Source: a plasmid
Sequence record: NZ_CP096760.1
DNA length: 64,000 bases
Direction: 5' to 3' (one strand)
Shown here: one piece after another, positions 27,026 to 36,047 of the stretch
Layout: each line of letters opens with the position of its first letter
Numbering within the stretch: position 1 is the first letter of the stretch
The notes under the pieces: model-generated
What the model saw: only the letters and a program-made list of their open reading frames with translations
What the model was told of the DNA's origin: nothing
Databases searched by the model: none
Program-made: the position numbers and the translations under genes

Positions 27026-29226
27026 TTATGGAACCAAATTTATCTGCATTAGCTGACGACTTAGAAAAATTAATTGGCGACAACGAAGAAACGCAAACAG
27101 TGACTAACTGGCTTGATACTGGCGATCCAGAGTTAAACTTTGCGATTTCTGGACGCTATGACGGCGGTATTCCTTATGGTCGCATTGTTGAAATGTATGG
27201 TCCACCGTCATCAGGTAAAACCGCAGAGGCGACTGACTTAATGATTCGCGCCCAAGAAGCTGGCGGTATTGCCATGTTCTTTGACTGGGAACGTTCCTTT
27301 GATATTAACCTTGCGAAGAATCTAGGCTTAAAGACGGAGCGTCCATTCTGGATTTATAAAAAGCCTGAAACTTGGGAAGAAGGCAATGTTTTAGCAATGC
27401 GTGCAGTTGAGTTGATCCGCAATTCAGCAACAATTCCAGACGATGCGCCAATCATTTGCGTGTTTGACTCGGTTGCATCGGCAATTCCTCAATCTGTTTA
27501 CTATGACAATAAGGGCAAAAAGCGTGAAATCGACACATTCAATATGAGCGATAACACCGCTCTGGCTCGTGCTTCCAGTACGTCATTGAAAGTAATTGCT
27601 CAGACGGCTGAAAAGTACAATGCAACGTTCTTATATTTGAACCAACAGCGTACGAAAATTGGAGTGATGTTCGGTGATCCAACCTGTCTGAGAGCGGAAG
27701 TTCAGGTGCCATTCGTCGATGGTACGTCCGCAACCATGAAGCAAATTGTTGATGGCAAAATCAGCAAGGAAGTATGGTCTTGGAATGAAGTATCGGGTCA
27801 GCTTGAGCCAAAACGCATCATCGGTTGGCACAACAATGGCTCAATCAAAGGAACTGACAAAGAGTGGTATCACATCCGCGCTGTATGTCCTGAAACGCGC
27901 AATGGCATGGTTGCGGTATCGGGCACAAATGATCACAAAGTCCAAGTGAAAGACAAAGGTTGGATTAATTTTAGCGACGTTCGTGTAGGCGACTATGTGA
28001 TTACTCGCACCAAACGCACCTTTGCAGGAACAGCGCTTGAGTTCTTAAAGGGGTTGATCGGTTTTGACAGTCACATGGCGCGCGTGTCGTCGCAACGTCA
28101 GACAGCCGCACTGATCATTCAGGACAATGAAAACCCTGAATACGCACAGTGGAAGGTTGATCTGCTGTCACGCCACCTAAACTTCGTCAAGCGCGAAATC
28201 ACTATTAGCAAGGGCAATAAAGGGCATCGCTACGAGTCCTGTTACACCCATGAGTTGATGAAGTTTTACGACTTGTGCCGCTGTCCTCACACACTGTTCA
28301 AAGATGGCTGGACACCTATGCAATTAGCCATTGCAGTGATGGACGATGGTAATTACAAGGAGAGCAGCAAGACACTGAACCTGTCCTTTAAGCGACTGCG
28401 TGGCTGTGAGGATGAATTAGACGCAATCGGTCAATCGCTGTATCAATCATTTGGCTTAACTTATGATATTCGTTACGGTCAGGGTCGTATTGACTTTGAT
28501 GTAAAAGGTACTGCCAAGATCGCTGAATTGATCGCTCAGTACGTGCCAGACTGTATGCAGTACAAGTTACCGATTGAGTATCGCGGACGCTATGTAGCGC
28601 TCGAATTAGACGCTCCTGTTGATGAATCAGTTGTGCATTATGCAGAAGTGACAGAAATGCGCTTGGGAAGTAAAAATAAAGGCTCGGTAATGTATGACAT
28701 TACCGTTGAGGATAATCACAACTTCTTGGCAGGCAATACGCACAACGGTTTCTTGGTGCATAACTGCACACCAGGCGGTTCTTCTTTTGAATATTACGCA
28801 TCAGTACGAATTGCTCTTGGCCGTACCAAGTTAATGGAAACGGTCAACGGTAAAAAGCAGTTTGTGGGGCAGGATATTGCAACTAAAATTGTGAAAACCA
28901 AACTCACAAAACCGTTCCAAGAAACCACTATGCGTATGTGGTTTGACAAGAATGGCGTAGCGTTCTTTGACCGCCACTACAACTTAGTTGAGTTCTTAAA
29001 AGCTAAAGGCATTTTGAAACAGTCGGGCGCTTACATTGAATGGACTGACGGTAAGAAATATCACCTGAAATCGCTTTGCGACAAACTGAAAGCAGATCCA
29101 ACCGGATTGCAGCAGCTCCGCGCATTAATCCCTAAGATTTCACCAAGCGCTGATGACATTGAGGTCACACCGTTGATGAGCAATGAAGATGAAATGGAAG
29201 CTTTGTACAGTGACGATGCGTGTTAG
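27022..29226 (+). CDS. recA: RecA-family recombinase interrupted by an intein
   Basis: Walker A GPPSSGKT. Exteins join to KIGVMFGDPT/CTPGGSSFEYYASVRI, matching the E. coli RecA segment [26 protein letters not shown]. Confidence 0.85.
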   Translation: MIMEPNLSALADDLEKLIGDNEETQTVTNWLDTGDPELNFAISGRYDGGIPYGRIVEMYGPPSSGKTAEATDLMIRAQEAGGIAMFFDWERSFDINLAKNLGLKTERPFWIYKKPETWEEGNVLAMRAVELIRNSATIPDDAPIICVFDSVASAIPQSVYYDNKGKKREIDTFNMSDNTALARASSTSLKVIAQTAEKYNATFLYLNQQRTKIGVMFGDPTCLRAEVQVPFVDGTSATMKQIVDGKISKEVWSWNEVSGQLEPKRIIGWHNNGSIKGTDKEWYHIRAVCPETRNGMVAVSGTNDHKVQVKDKGWINFSDVRVGDYVITRTKRTFAGTALEFLKGLIGFDSHMARVSSQRQTAALIIQDNENPEYAQWKVDLLSRHLNFVKREITISKGNKGHRYESCYTHELMKFYDLCRCPHTLFKDGWTPMQLAIAVMDDGNYKESSKTLNLSFKRLRGCEDELDAIGQSLYQSFGLTYDIRYGQGRIDFDVKGTAKIAELIAQYVPDCMQYKLPIEYRGRYVALELDAPVDESVVHYAEVTEMRLGSKNKGSVMYDITVEDNHNFLAGNTHNGFLVHNCTPGGSSFEYYASVRIALGRTKLMETVNGKKQFVGQDIATKIVKTKLTKPFQETTMRMWFDKNGVAFFDRHYNLVEFLKAKGILKQSGAYIEWTDGKKYHLKSLCDKLKADPTGLQQLRALIPKISPSADDIEVTPLMSNEDEMEALYSDDAC
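27685..28764 (+). other. Intein (360 aa) with LAGLIDADG-type homing endonuclease motifs
   Basis: Starts with Cys (CLRAEV), ends ...VHN followed by +1 Cys. Internal LKGLIGFDSH and LAIAVMDDGN blocks. Confidence 0.8.
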
Positions 29227-29313
29227 TAATTGCCGCAATTAACTGATTAACAGCTAACAAATACGCCTCTATACTTTTGGTTCAACCTATAAGTATAGAG
29301 GCAGTTAGCCATC

Positions 29314-29673
29314 ATGAAACATGAATATGCATTAGATTTCGCACCACCTTTTGTGGGATTAGATAACGAACTTTATAACACCTTCAGATTGGGTACTTCA
29401 TGGTCCAAACGGTTGGCCAAAGGCGATGAAGTTTATATCCAATCATCAAAAGATAAACTGATATTCAGCAAAGCATGTGTAGAGGATGTGATTGTCGGTC
29501 AAATTGGAGAGCTGATGCTACTCCACGCACACAACAATCATAACGAGTTAGGGCAAGACGACGGACGCAGCGCAGAGCGTTTATACAAGACCATGCAAAA
29601 GATGTATGGACCGCAAGTCCTCAACTCACCACGTAAAAAAGCGACTGTTATTTATTTGAGGAAAATTGAATGA
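29314..29673 (+). CDS. hypothetical protein
   Basis: 119-aa ORF. Confidence 0.5.
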   Translation: MKHEYALDFAPPFVGLDNELYNTFRLGTSWSKRLAKGDEVYIQSSKDKLIFSKACVEDVIVGQIGELMLLHAHNNHNELGQDDGRSAERLYKTMQKMYGPQVLNSPRKKATVIYLRKIE

Positions 29674-30131
29674 GTTCCAAAAATATATTTAAACTAAATT
29701 CACTCCTTCCGGGTAAATACCAAGAGAACCCTCTTTTTAAAGATAAAACCATTGAGCAAATTCTGGAGGAAAACCACCCTACCGCTATCATTGAATTAAT
29801 ACGTTTTCGAGATAATACAATCAAGAATAGAATTAAATGTGGTTTAGCTACAGATCAAGCTGTAAATGCATTTCATAAAGAAGTGCATATGTGTCTTGAT
29901 CTGTACATCTATACAAATTACGACTCCTTAAAGAGATATTACATTCGATTCAAAAAAGACCGCTTAAAACTCGAATTACATGAATATAACGCTAAAAAGA
30001 AACAAGAAGATCGTGAAAAGAAAATGGCTGTAGAGATTGAACGTAGATTGGCTCAAGAAAAGGAACTGCAAGAACAGCTTCGTATTCAGGAACGACAAAA
30101 ATTCTATGGGGATGTGCTGGGGTCTTGGTAA
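29670..30131 (+). CDS. hypothetical protein with C-terminal tail QKFYGDVLGSW
   Basis: Tail is near-identical in protein and DNA to that of the 5644..6198 gene. TAATG overlap with the next gene. Confidence 0.55.
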   Translation: MSSKNIFKLNSLLPGKYQENPLFKDKTIEQILEENHPTAIIELIRFRDNTIKNRIKCGLATDQAVNAFHKEVHMCLDLYIYTNYDSLKRYYIRFKKDRLKLELHEYNAKKKQEDREKKMAVEIERRLAQEKELQEQLRIQERQKFYGDVLGSW

Positions 30132-30511
30132 TGGTCATTGAACGTCAACCGCATACAGTGAATGGCAAAAGAATTGGTACGTTTTACAGCGTCGATGGCA
30201 AATACGTGATGTATTTGCTTTTGGCGCGTGGTGAGAAGACGAAACTGCTGGATATAAAAAACAGTTCTTGGCGAATGCCCTCTATGGCTCTAATGGAAGC
30301 AAAGCGCAGAGGCTGTAAATATATTGGCGTTACACATCGGATGGGCAAGAAGTTTTTATATTACATAGCCAGATCCGCAGACTGGTACGGTGAACATTCC
30401 GCTCCTTCTAGCTTTAGAGGGGAATTTCAACGGACGCTTCGCACTGAAGCCTTCCTTTTCAATTCAACCCACACTACAAAATATATTGCAAAATCAATCA
30501 AAATTCGCTAA
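30131..30511 (+). CDS. hypothetical protein
   Basis: Start set to ATG 30131, overlapping the upstream stop. Confidence 0.5.
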   Translation: MVIERQPHTVNGKRIGTFYSVDGKYVMYLLLARGEKTKLLDIKNSSWRMPSMALMEAKRRGCKYIGVTHRMGKKFLYYIARSADWYGEHSAPSSFRGEFQRTLRTEAFLFNSTHTTKYIAKSIKIR

Positions 30512-30523
30512 AAATCCTATTGA

Positions 30524-30550
30524 TTATTAGTAAGCCCTTACTTATTTATC
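30524..30550 (+). promoter_or_regulatory. Palindromic promoter-like element (variant)
   Basis: ATTATTAGTAAGCCCTTACTTATTTATC. Confidence 0.35.
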
Positions 30551-30598
30551 TACAATTGACGTACAGTATCTTTAAGTATCTACTTCTTTGGAGCTACT

Positions 30599-30820
30599 AT
30601 GCGTCAATTGTCTAAAAACAAGGTTATTAATAAATTAGCGAACGAACTCATAGATCAATACGGCTGGACATTAAGACCAAAGCGTAATAGTCCCCATAAC
30701 GTAATAGTAGATCCGAATACACATTACTCATACCCAATACCACACTCCCCTTCATGCTGGAGAGCGGAGAAAAACTGGGTGGCTGGCATTCGTAAAATCA
30801 TGCGTGGGGTTCGTCCGTAA
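30599..30820 (+). CDS. hypothetical small protein
   Basis: 73-aa ORF. Confidence 0.45.
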   Translation: MRQLSKNKVINKLANELIDQYGWTLRPKRNSPHNVIVDPNTHYSYPIPHSPSCWRAEKNWVAGIRKIMRGVRP

Positions 30821-30846
30821 TTATTAATAAGCGCTTATTATTAAAG
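30820..30846 (+). promoter_or_regulatory. Palindromic element (variant)
   Basis: ATTATTAATAAGCGCTTATTATTAAAG; only about 10 bp upstream of the sbcD start. Confidence 0.3.
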
Positions 30847-30853
30847 GTATCTT

Positions 30854-31969
30854 ATGAGCAATTTTCCATACGCTGTCATATCCGACACACATAACCACAA
30901 CTGGTCCGCATTTAGCGAAACAACACCAGAAAATGTAAACAGTCGCCTTCAAATCATTCTGAATGAAACGATGCGAGCGGCAGAAGAAGTCAAGGCAATG
31001 GGTGGAACGCACCTGTATCACACTGGAGATTTATTCCATGTGCGCGGTTCAATTAGTCCTTCAGTATTAAATCCCACTATTGCCACTTACAAGGTAATTC
31101 AACAACTGCTGGGAATCAAAGTTCGCATTCTTGCAGGCAACCACGATTTAGAGTTTCGCGAAGCCAACCGTAATGGTTCGGCTGTTACAGCTTTAGAAGG
31201 CATTGGCTGCGAAATTATCAACGAGACGTCTTTGTTTTTAGATGAACGCGTTGCCATGATTCCGTGGTTCCAAGATGTCAACGAACTAAAAAGTGAAATT
31301 GAAAGAGTAAAACTTCAAATCAACTCTATGCCTTCTCGTTCACCATTACGAACAATTGAAACCGTAAGCGATTGGACCTTAATGATTCACGCACCTGTAG
31401 ATGGTGTAATTGCTGGCATTCCGTCGCATGGTTTAAGTGCCACATGGTTAGGTTCACAAGGCTTTAAACGAGTATTTGCAGGTCACTACCATCATCACAA
31501 AGATTTTGGCAACGGCGTTTACTCAGTTGGGGCGCTTACGCACAACAGTTGGTCGGATGTTAATTCCGATGCCGGTTTTCTACTGGTGAACGATTCAAAG
31601 GTTACTTGGCGATGCTCTCATGCTCCGCAATTTGTCGAGATTGATGGAAGCATGAGCGAAGTCGATATGGCACTCAAGGCTTCTGGTAACTACGTTCGCT
31701 GTACGGTCAATTCAAGCGCAAAGCAATCTGACATTGAAACAATCCGTCAATTTCTCATGGATAACAATGCAAAAGGCGTTGTGATTCTGTCCCAAAAGAA
31801 AATCGTAGAAGTTGAACGCGAGGAAGTGAGTTCGATCAAGGCAGGTGCTTCTCTCGAAGTGTCCATCAATGATTTCGTGAACAAAATGGGTATTGGGAGC
31901 AAGGCAGACGACCTTTCCAAATTATGTCTCTCAATCTTAGAAAAGGCACGCATGGAGGTCGTTGAATAA
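30854..31969 (+). CDS. sbcD: SbcD/Mre11-like nuclease (gp47-like)
   Basis: Calcineurin-like motifs AVISDTHNHNW, HTGDLFH, LAGNHDLE. Confidence 0.8.
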   Translation: MSNFPYAVISDTHNHNWSAFSETTPENVNSRLQIILNETMRAAEEVKAMGGTHLYHTGDLFHVRGSISPSVLNPTIATYKVIQQLLGIKVRILAGNHDLEFREANRNGSAVTALEGIGCEIINETSLFLDERVAMIPWFQDVNELKSEIERVKLQINSMPSRSPLRTIETVSDWTLMIHAPVDGVIAGIPSHGLSATWLGSQGFKRVFAGHYHHHKDFGNGVYSVGALTHNSWSDVNSDAGFLLVNDSKVTWRCSHAPQFVEIDGSMSEVDMALKASGNYVRCTVNSSAKQSDIETIRQFLMDNNAKGVVILSQKKIVEVEREEVSSIKAGASLEVSINDFVNKMGIGSKADDLSKLCLSILEKARMEVVE

Positions 31970-33909
31970 TGAAAATTCTAAAAGCCACTTTCCAGAATTT
32001 CTTAACCCTTTCAGAAGCTTGTTTGGAGCTTGATGATCGCGGTTTATTGTTAATTACAGGCAAGAATGATGACGATACATCAGCAAATTCAAATGGCGCT
32101 GGTAAATCATCACTGGTCGACGGTATCTGCTGGGCGTTATACGGTACGACGGCGCGTGATGTTACAGGGGATGACGTTGTAAATGAAACAGCCAAAAAAG
32201 ACTGCTGTGTATCTTTACAGATCGAAGATGATGGCAAGCTTTACAACATTACTCGTTATCGCAAAAGCAAAAAATTCAAGAATGCATTAATTGTCTCAAG
32301 CGTTGATAAAGCTGGCGTTGAAACCAACCTGACCAAAGGGACCGACAAGGAAACTCAGCTTCTCGTGAATGCCATTGTCGGATGCTCAGCAGACGTATTC
32401 ACATCAGCCGTCTATGCAGGGCAAGAACGAATGCCTGACCTTCCATCGATGACAGATAAGACCTTAAAAATGTTAATCGAGGAAGCTGCTGGGATTGAAG
32501 TGCTAGAAGCAGCTCATGCCATTGCTCGAAAAAACTTGAACGAAGCCAAGCTTGAGCATAGCGAAGCGCTGCATAAGGTTAGTTTGATTGACGCTCACAT
32601 TGCCAATGTTGAGGCATCTCTGCTTACGGTCGAGAAACAGTCTTTAGATTTTGAAATTACCAAAAAAGACCGAGCCAAAGAGCATCTTAAACTTTGCTTA
32701 CCGCATCTTGCGACCATTCGTGAATGTGAGGCTCAGCTCGACCTAGAATCCCCTGCCAAAGAAATTGAACAAATCAACGAGCAAATTGAACAGTTAAAGG
32801 AAATCCAGAAACAGCACACAGCCAAAAGCCTTGAGCTTCGCAAAATTTACGTGGACTTCAATGCACGCGTCCATTTGGCCAAAGTCGAAAAACAGAACAT
32901 CGAAAAGTTAAAAGCTGAAATTGCTAACTCTCAATCACTAGTGGGAACGCCGTGCAATGAATGTGGCAAGCAATATTGTGCAGAAGATTTGCATGACGCC
33001 ATTCAGGCCCGCGAAACACTGGTTAAAAGCAAAATTAAACAAAACAATGAAATCATCCTGAAAGCTAGGGAGATTGATGAACAAAGGAAAAATCTTGAGG
33101 CTGAGATTTCAGAGCTTGAGGATCAGTTAAAGCAGTTACCGACTCTTCAAGCGAAACTGGAAAAACTAAAACAGGATGCACAAGCCCAGTCATTAGCGGA
33201 AGAACGCAAGAAAATCGCAGAAGAGGCTGTGGCGCGCATCAAGGCGGAATCTCGCGAGAAGCTTAATGAAGTCAGTCCATTTGTCGCTCAGTTAAAAGAC
33301 TTGAATGACAAAAAGGTTAAATACCTTAAAGCCAGAGAAGACAAGCAGAAAGCCGCAGATTCAGCACTTGAGAAAGTTGAGCTTGCAAATATGGCGGTGA
33401 ATATTTTCGGTCCTGCTGGTGTACGCGCTCACATTCTCGATACCGTCACTCCATTCCTGAATAGCCGCACATCCGAATACTTGGGCGCATTGTCTGACGG
33501 CAACATTCATGCAACTTGGTCAACGCTATCTGCTACGGCCAAAGGTGAGCTGAAGGAGAAATTCAGCATCACGGTTGCAAATGATTCAGGCGGTTCTTCA
33601 TTCAAGAAATTATCAGGCGGAGAAAAACGTAAGGTTCGTCTGGCTACAGCTCTTGCCCTTCAAGATTTAGTGATGAGCCGTGCAACCAAGCCAATCAATC
33701 TATGGATTGCCGATGAAATTGATTATGCGCTCGATGAAAGTGGATTAGAACGACTTATGGTCGTGCTGGACAGAAAGGCTCGTGAGCGCGGAACAGTGCT
33801 GATCATTTCTCATCAGAGCGGGTTAAAGGACTGGGTAGATTTGGTCATCGAAGTGACCAAGAAAGAAGGTACTTCAACGGTTTCAGGAGACAACCTCAAG
33901 GCAGCATAA
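31969..33909 (+). CDS. sbcC: SbcC/Rad50-like ATPase (gp46-like)
   Basis: Walker A GKNDDDTSANSNGAGKSS, central coiled coil with CxxC hook (CNECGKQYC), signature LSGGEKRKVRLA, Walker B LWIADEID. Confidence 0.85.
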   Translation: MKILKATFQNFLTLSEACLELDDRGLLLITGKNDDDTSANSNGAGKSSLVDGICWALYGTTARDVTGDDVVNETAKKDCCVSLQIEDDGKLYNITRYRKSKKFKNALIVSSVDKAGVETNLTKGTDKETQLLVNAIVGCSADVFTSAVYAGQERMPDLPSMTDKTLKMLIEEAAGIEVLEAAHAIARKNLNEAKLEHSEALHKVSLIDAHIANVEASLLTVEKQSLDFEITKKDRAKEHLKLCLPHLATIRECEAQLDLESPAKEIEQINEQIEQLKEIQKQHTAKSLELRKIYVDFNARVHLAKVEKQNIEKLKAEIANSQSLVGTPCNECGKQYCAEDLHDAIQARETLVKSKIKQNNEIILKAREIDEQRKNLEAEISELEDQLKQLPTLQAKLEKLKQDAQAQSLAEERKKIAEEAVARIKAESREKLNEVSPFVAQLKDLNDKKVKYLKAREDKQKAADSALEKVELANMAVNIFGPAGVRAHILDTVTPFLNSRTSEYLGALSDGNIHATWSTLSATAKGELKEKFSITVANDSGGSSFKKLSGGEKRKVRLATALALQDLVMSRATKPINLWIADEIDYALDESGLERLMVVLDRKARERGTVLIISHQSGLKDWVDLVIEVTKKEGTSTVSGDNLKAA

Positions 33910-34001
33910 GGCATAAAGCGCTAGAAGCTACAAATACGTAGTTTTTAGCGCCTTTTCATAGTCAAACGTACATTTGAGTCATTTAATTCAAGAGGCGCAA
34001 C

Positions 34002-34838
34002 ATGACGCAAAAAGATGAGCAATTAGATGCATTCGAGCAAATGCTTGAGAGTGAATTTTCAGATGAAGATTTGCAAATGCTGGAAGATTCCATCGAAGAA
34101 GAAATCAGACAAGACGCTTTGCTGAAGGAGGAAATGGAAGGCGAGATTTTTGTCGTCCTCAACGAGTTTGCTGAACAAGCCGAACATTACATCAAAGAGA
34201 TTTATGACAAGGTAAAAATTACACGCGAAATCGACTCTACGGGCAACAGACACAGTAATTTCATGCATTACATTTCTGATGCCCTATCAGCAGAGACGGA
34301 TCCATATAACCTGATTTTTTCAGTTCCTCGACCGATGATCTTTGACGGTGAGCGCGTCCTTAATTCGCACAGCGCTTATTTCAAAGATCATGTGCCCATG
34401 ACGGCAATAGGCGGGGAAAATATGCTGTTGTGGGATTTACGGGTCAATGCCGACAACAATGCGTTAATCATCAGATTTTTAGCTGAACCAAATGTATATG
34501 CGCCAACAGCTACCGTGCAACTCGATTTAACGGATAGGAACATTACCCATCATTTTTTAGACCCGCTACCGCAAACACAATCAAATAATTCAGCCAACGT
34601 TCAGCGTGCAGTCTTGGAATTCCTAGTCCGGTTCTTTTCCTATCGAGAAACCGAAGATGATTACATCCTAGATTCGGAAGATTACCAGGAACTAATTCTG
34701 CGGAAGATTGATACGGACTCCAATGATCTCGTCAATGCCATCGTGTCAATTAACCTGATCATGGACAAATACGCCGAGATAAAACGCAGAGAGGAATTTA
34801 AAAGAGCGTATGCAAACCGTGGTATTGAATCATGGTAA
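34002..34838 (+). CDS. hypothetical protein, acidic N-terminus
   Basis: 278-aa ORF. Confidence 0.5.
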   Translation: MTQKDEQLDAFEQMLESEFSDEDLQMLEDSIEEEIRQDALLKEEMEGEIFVVLNEFAEQAEHYIKEIYDKVKITREIDSTGNRHSNFMHYISDALSAETDPYNLIFSVPRPMIFDGERVLNSHSAYFKDHVPMTAIGGENMLLWDLRVNADNNALIIRFLAEPNVYAPTATVQLDLTDRNITHHFLDPLPQTQSNNSANVQRAVLEFLVRFFSYRETEDDYILDSEDYQELILRKIDTDSNDLVNAIVSINLIMDKYAEIKRREEFKRAYANRGIESW

Positions 34839-34969
34839 GCCGCAACTTGGGTGACATGGGTAATTCCGTCACTAACGAATATATAAATATCTTTAACCGA
34901 GAATATTTTAATTATTTATTTAATTAATTTATTCGAAAACGTCGGAACATATCAGACTTGGGAGTTTGT

Positions 34970-35572
34970 ATGAAAATTAAAGCCATCGGAATCGATCCAT
35001 CTTTAAGAAACTTCGGATTAGTCGTTGCTGAAATCGACATTTCAAACGATGACTATCCTTTCGAAATTAAGGACATGATGTTGGCCCAAACCGAAAGCAG
35101 CAAGGAAACCAAAAAGACTGTACGTAAGAACTCGGATGATCTAAGACGTGCCAAAATCCTGCATGACGGCATGATGCATATGATCAACAAACATAAGGTG
35201 ACATTTGCTTTCGTAGAGATACCAACTGGATCACAAACCGCAAGAGCCATGTCTTCTTATGGAATTTGCATCGGTATTTTGTCAGCTTGTCCAGTGCCGA
35301 TGATTCAATTAACCCCGTTTGAAGTAAAACTCGCCGGTACGGGCATTAAAACAGCCACCAAGCACGAAATGATTGAAGCTGCCTTTACAGAACATCCAGA
35401 AGCCAAGTGGCTAATGCACAAGCGAAATGGGGAAATGGTATTGAAAGAAAGTAATGAGCATTTGGCTGACGCGACATTTGCGATCAAGGCTGGCATTAAT
35501 ACCGATGAATTTAGATTTTCTGCTGGCATGATGCGGAATGCATTTTTAGCTACTCGTGCAGAAAAAATTTAA
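34970..35572 (+). CDS. RuvC-like Holliday junction resolvase
   Basis: MKIKAIGIDPSLRNFGLVV resembles the RuvC N-terminus GIDPGSRVTGYGV. Start moved to ATG 34970. Confidence 0.6.
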   Translation: MKIKAIGIDPSLRNFGLVVAEIDISNDDYPFEIKDMMLAQTESSKETKKTVRKNSDDLRRAKILHDGMMHMINKHKVTFAFVEIPTGSQTARAMSSYGICIGILSACPVPMIQLTPFEVKLAGTGIKTATKHEMIEAAFTEHPEAKWLMHKRNGEMVLKESNEHLADATFAIKAGINTDEFRFSAGMMRNAFLATRAEKI

Positions 35573-35583
35573 ATTTTGCATTT

Positions 35584-35632
35584 AATTATTAGTAAGCGCT
35601 TACTATAATTGCATGAGTAAGCGCTTATGATC
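35584..35632 (+). promoter_or_regulatory. Palindromic promoter-like element plus a second half-copy
   Basis: AATTATTAGTAAGCGCTTACTATAAT ... GAGTAAGCGCTTATGATC. Confidence 0.45.
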
Positions 35633-35645
35633 TTTCGAGGTTCAC

Positions 35646-36026
35646 ATGAGCAAAGATTTTTCTAGTTTAGAGGGGATGGCGAGAGCTACGAAGGAAGCAA
35701 TGCAGGGCATAAACTGGAACAAGGTTGCTGAACATGCTCGCCGAATTAATACCGAAATACAGCGTGAACAATTCAAAGACTCATCGCGCGAAGATATTTT
35801 GCTAACTATCAGAAAAGCCGCAGAGAAAGCGAGGATAGAAGCAGAGATCAACAAGGTGGCTGACGCAATGAAGAAGCGTGTAATCAATAAGTTTTATGCA
35901 AATGAATACACTGATCACTCAGACATTGCGAAAAAACCACAAGCAAAGCAAGACACGAATTTAGAACCAAAAGAAGAGAAATCTTCTAAACCAAAAACCC
36001 CACTAAACGGCATCGTTGAGTGGTAA
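35646..36026 (+). CDS. hypothetical protein
   Basis: 126-aa charged ORF. Confidence 0.5.
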   Translation: MSKDFSSLEGMARATKEAMQGINWNKVAEHARRINTEIQREQFKDSSREDILLTIRKAAEKARIEAEINKVADAMKKRVINKFYANEYTDHSDIAKKPQAKQDTNLEPKEEKSSKPKTPLNGIVEW

Positions 36027-36047
36027 TTCACTAACTAAGGAAACGAT

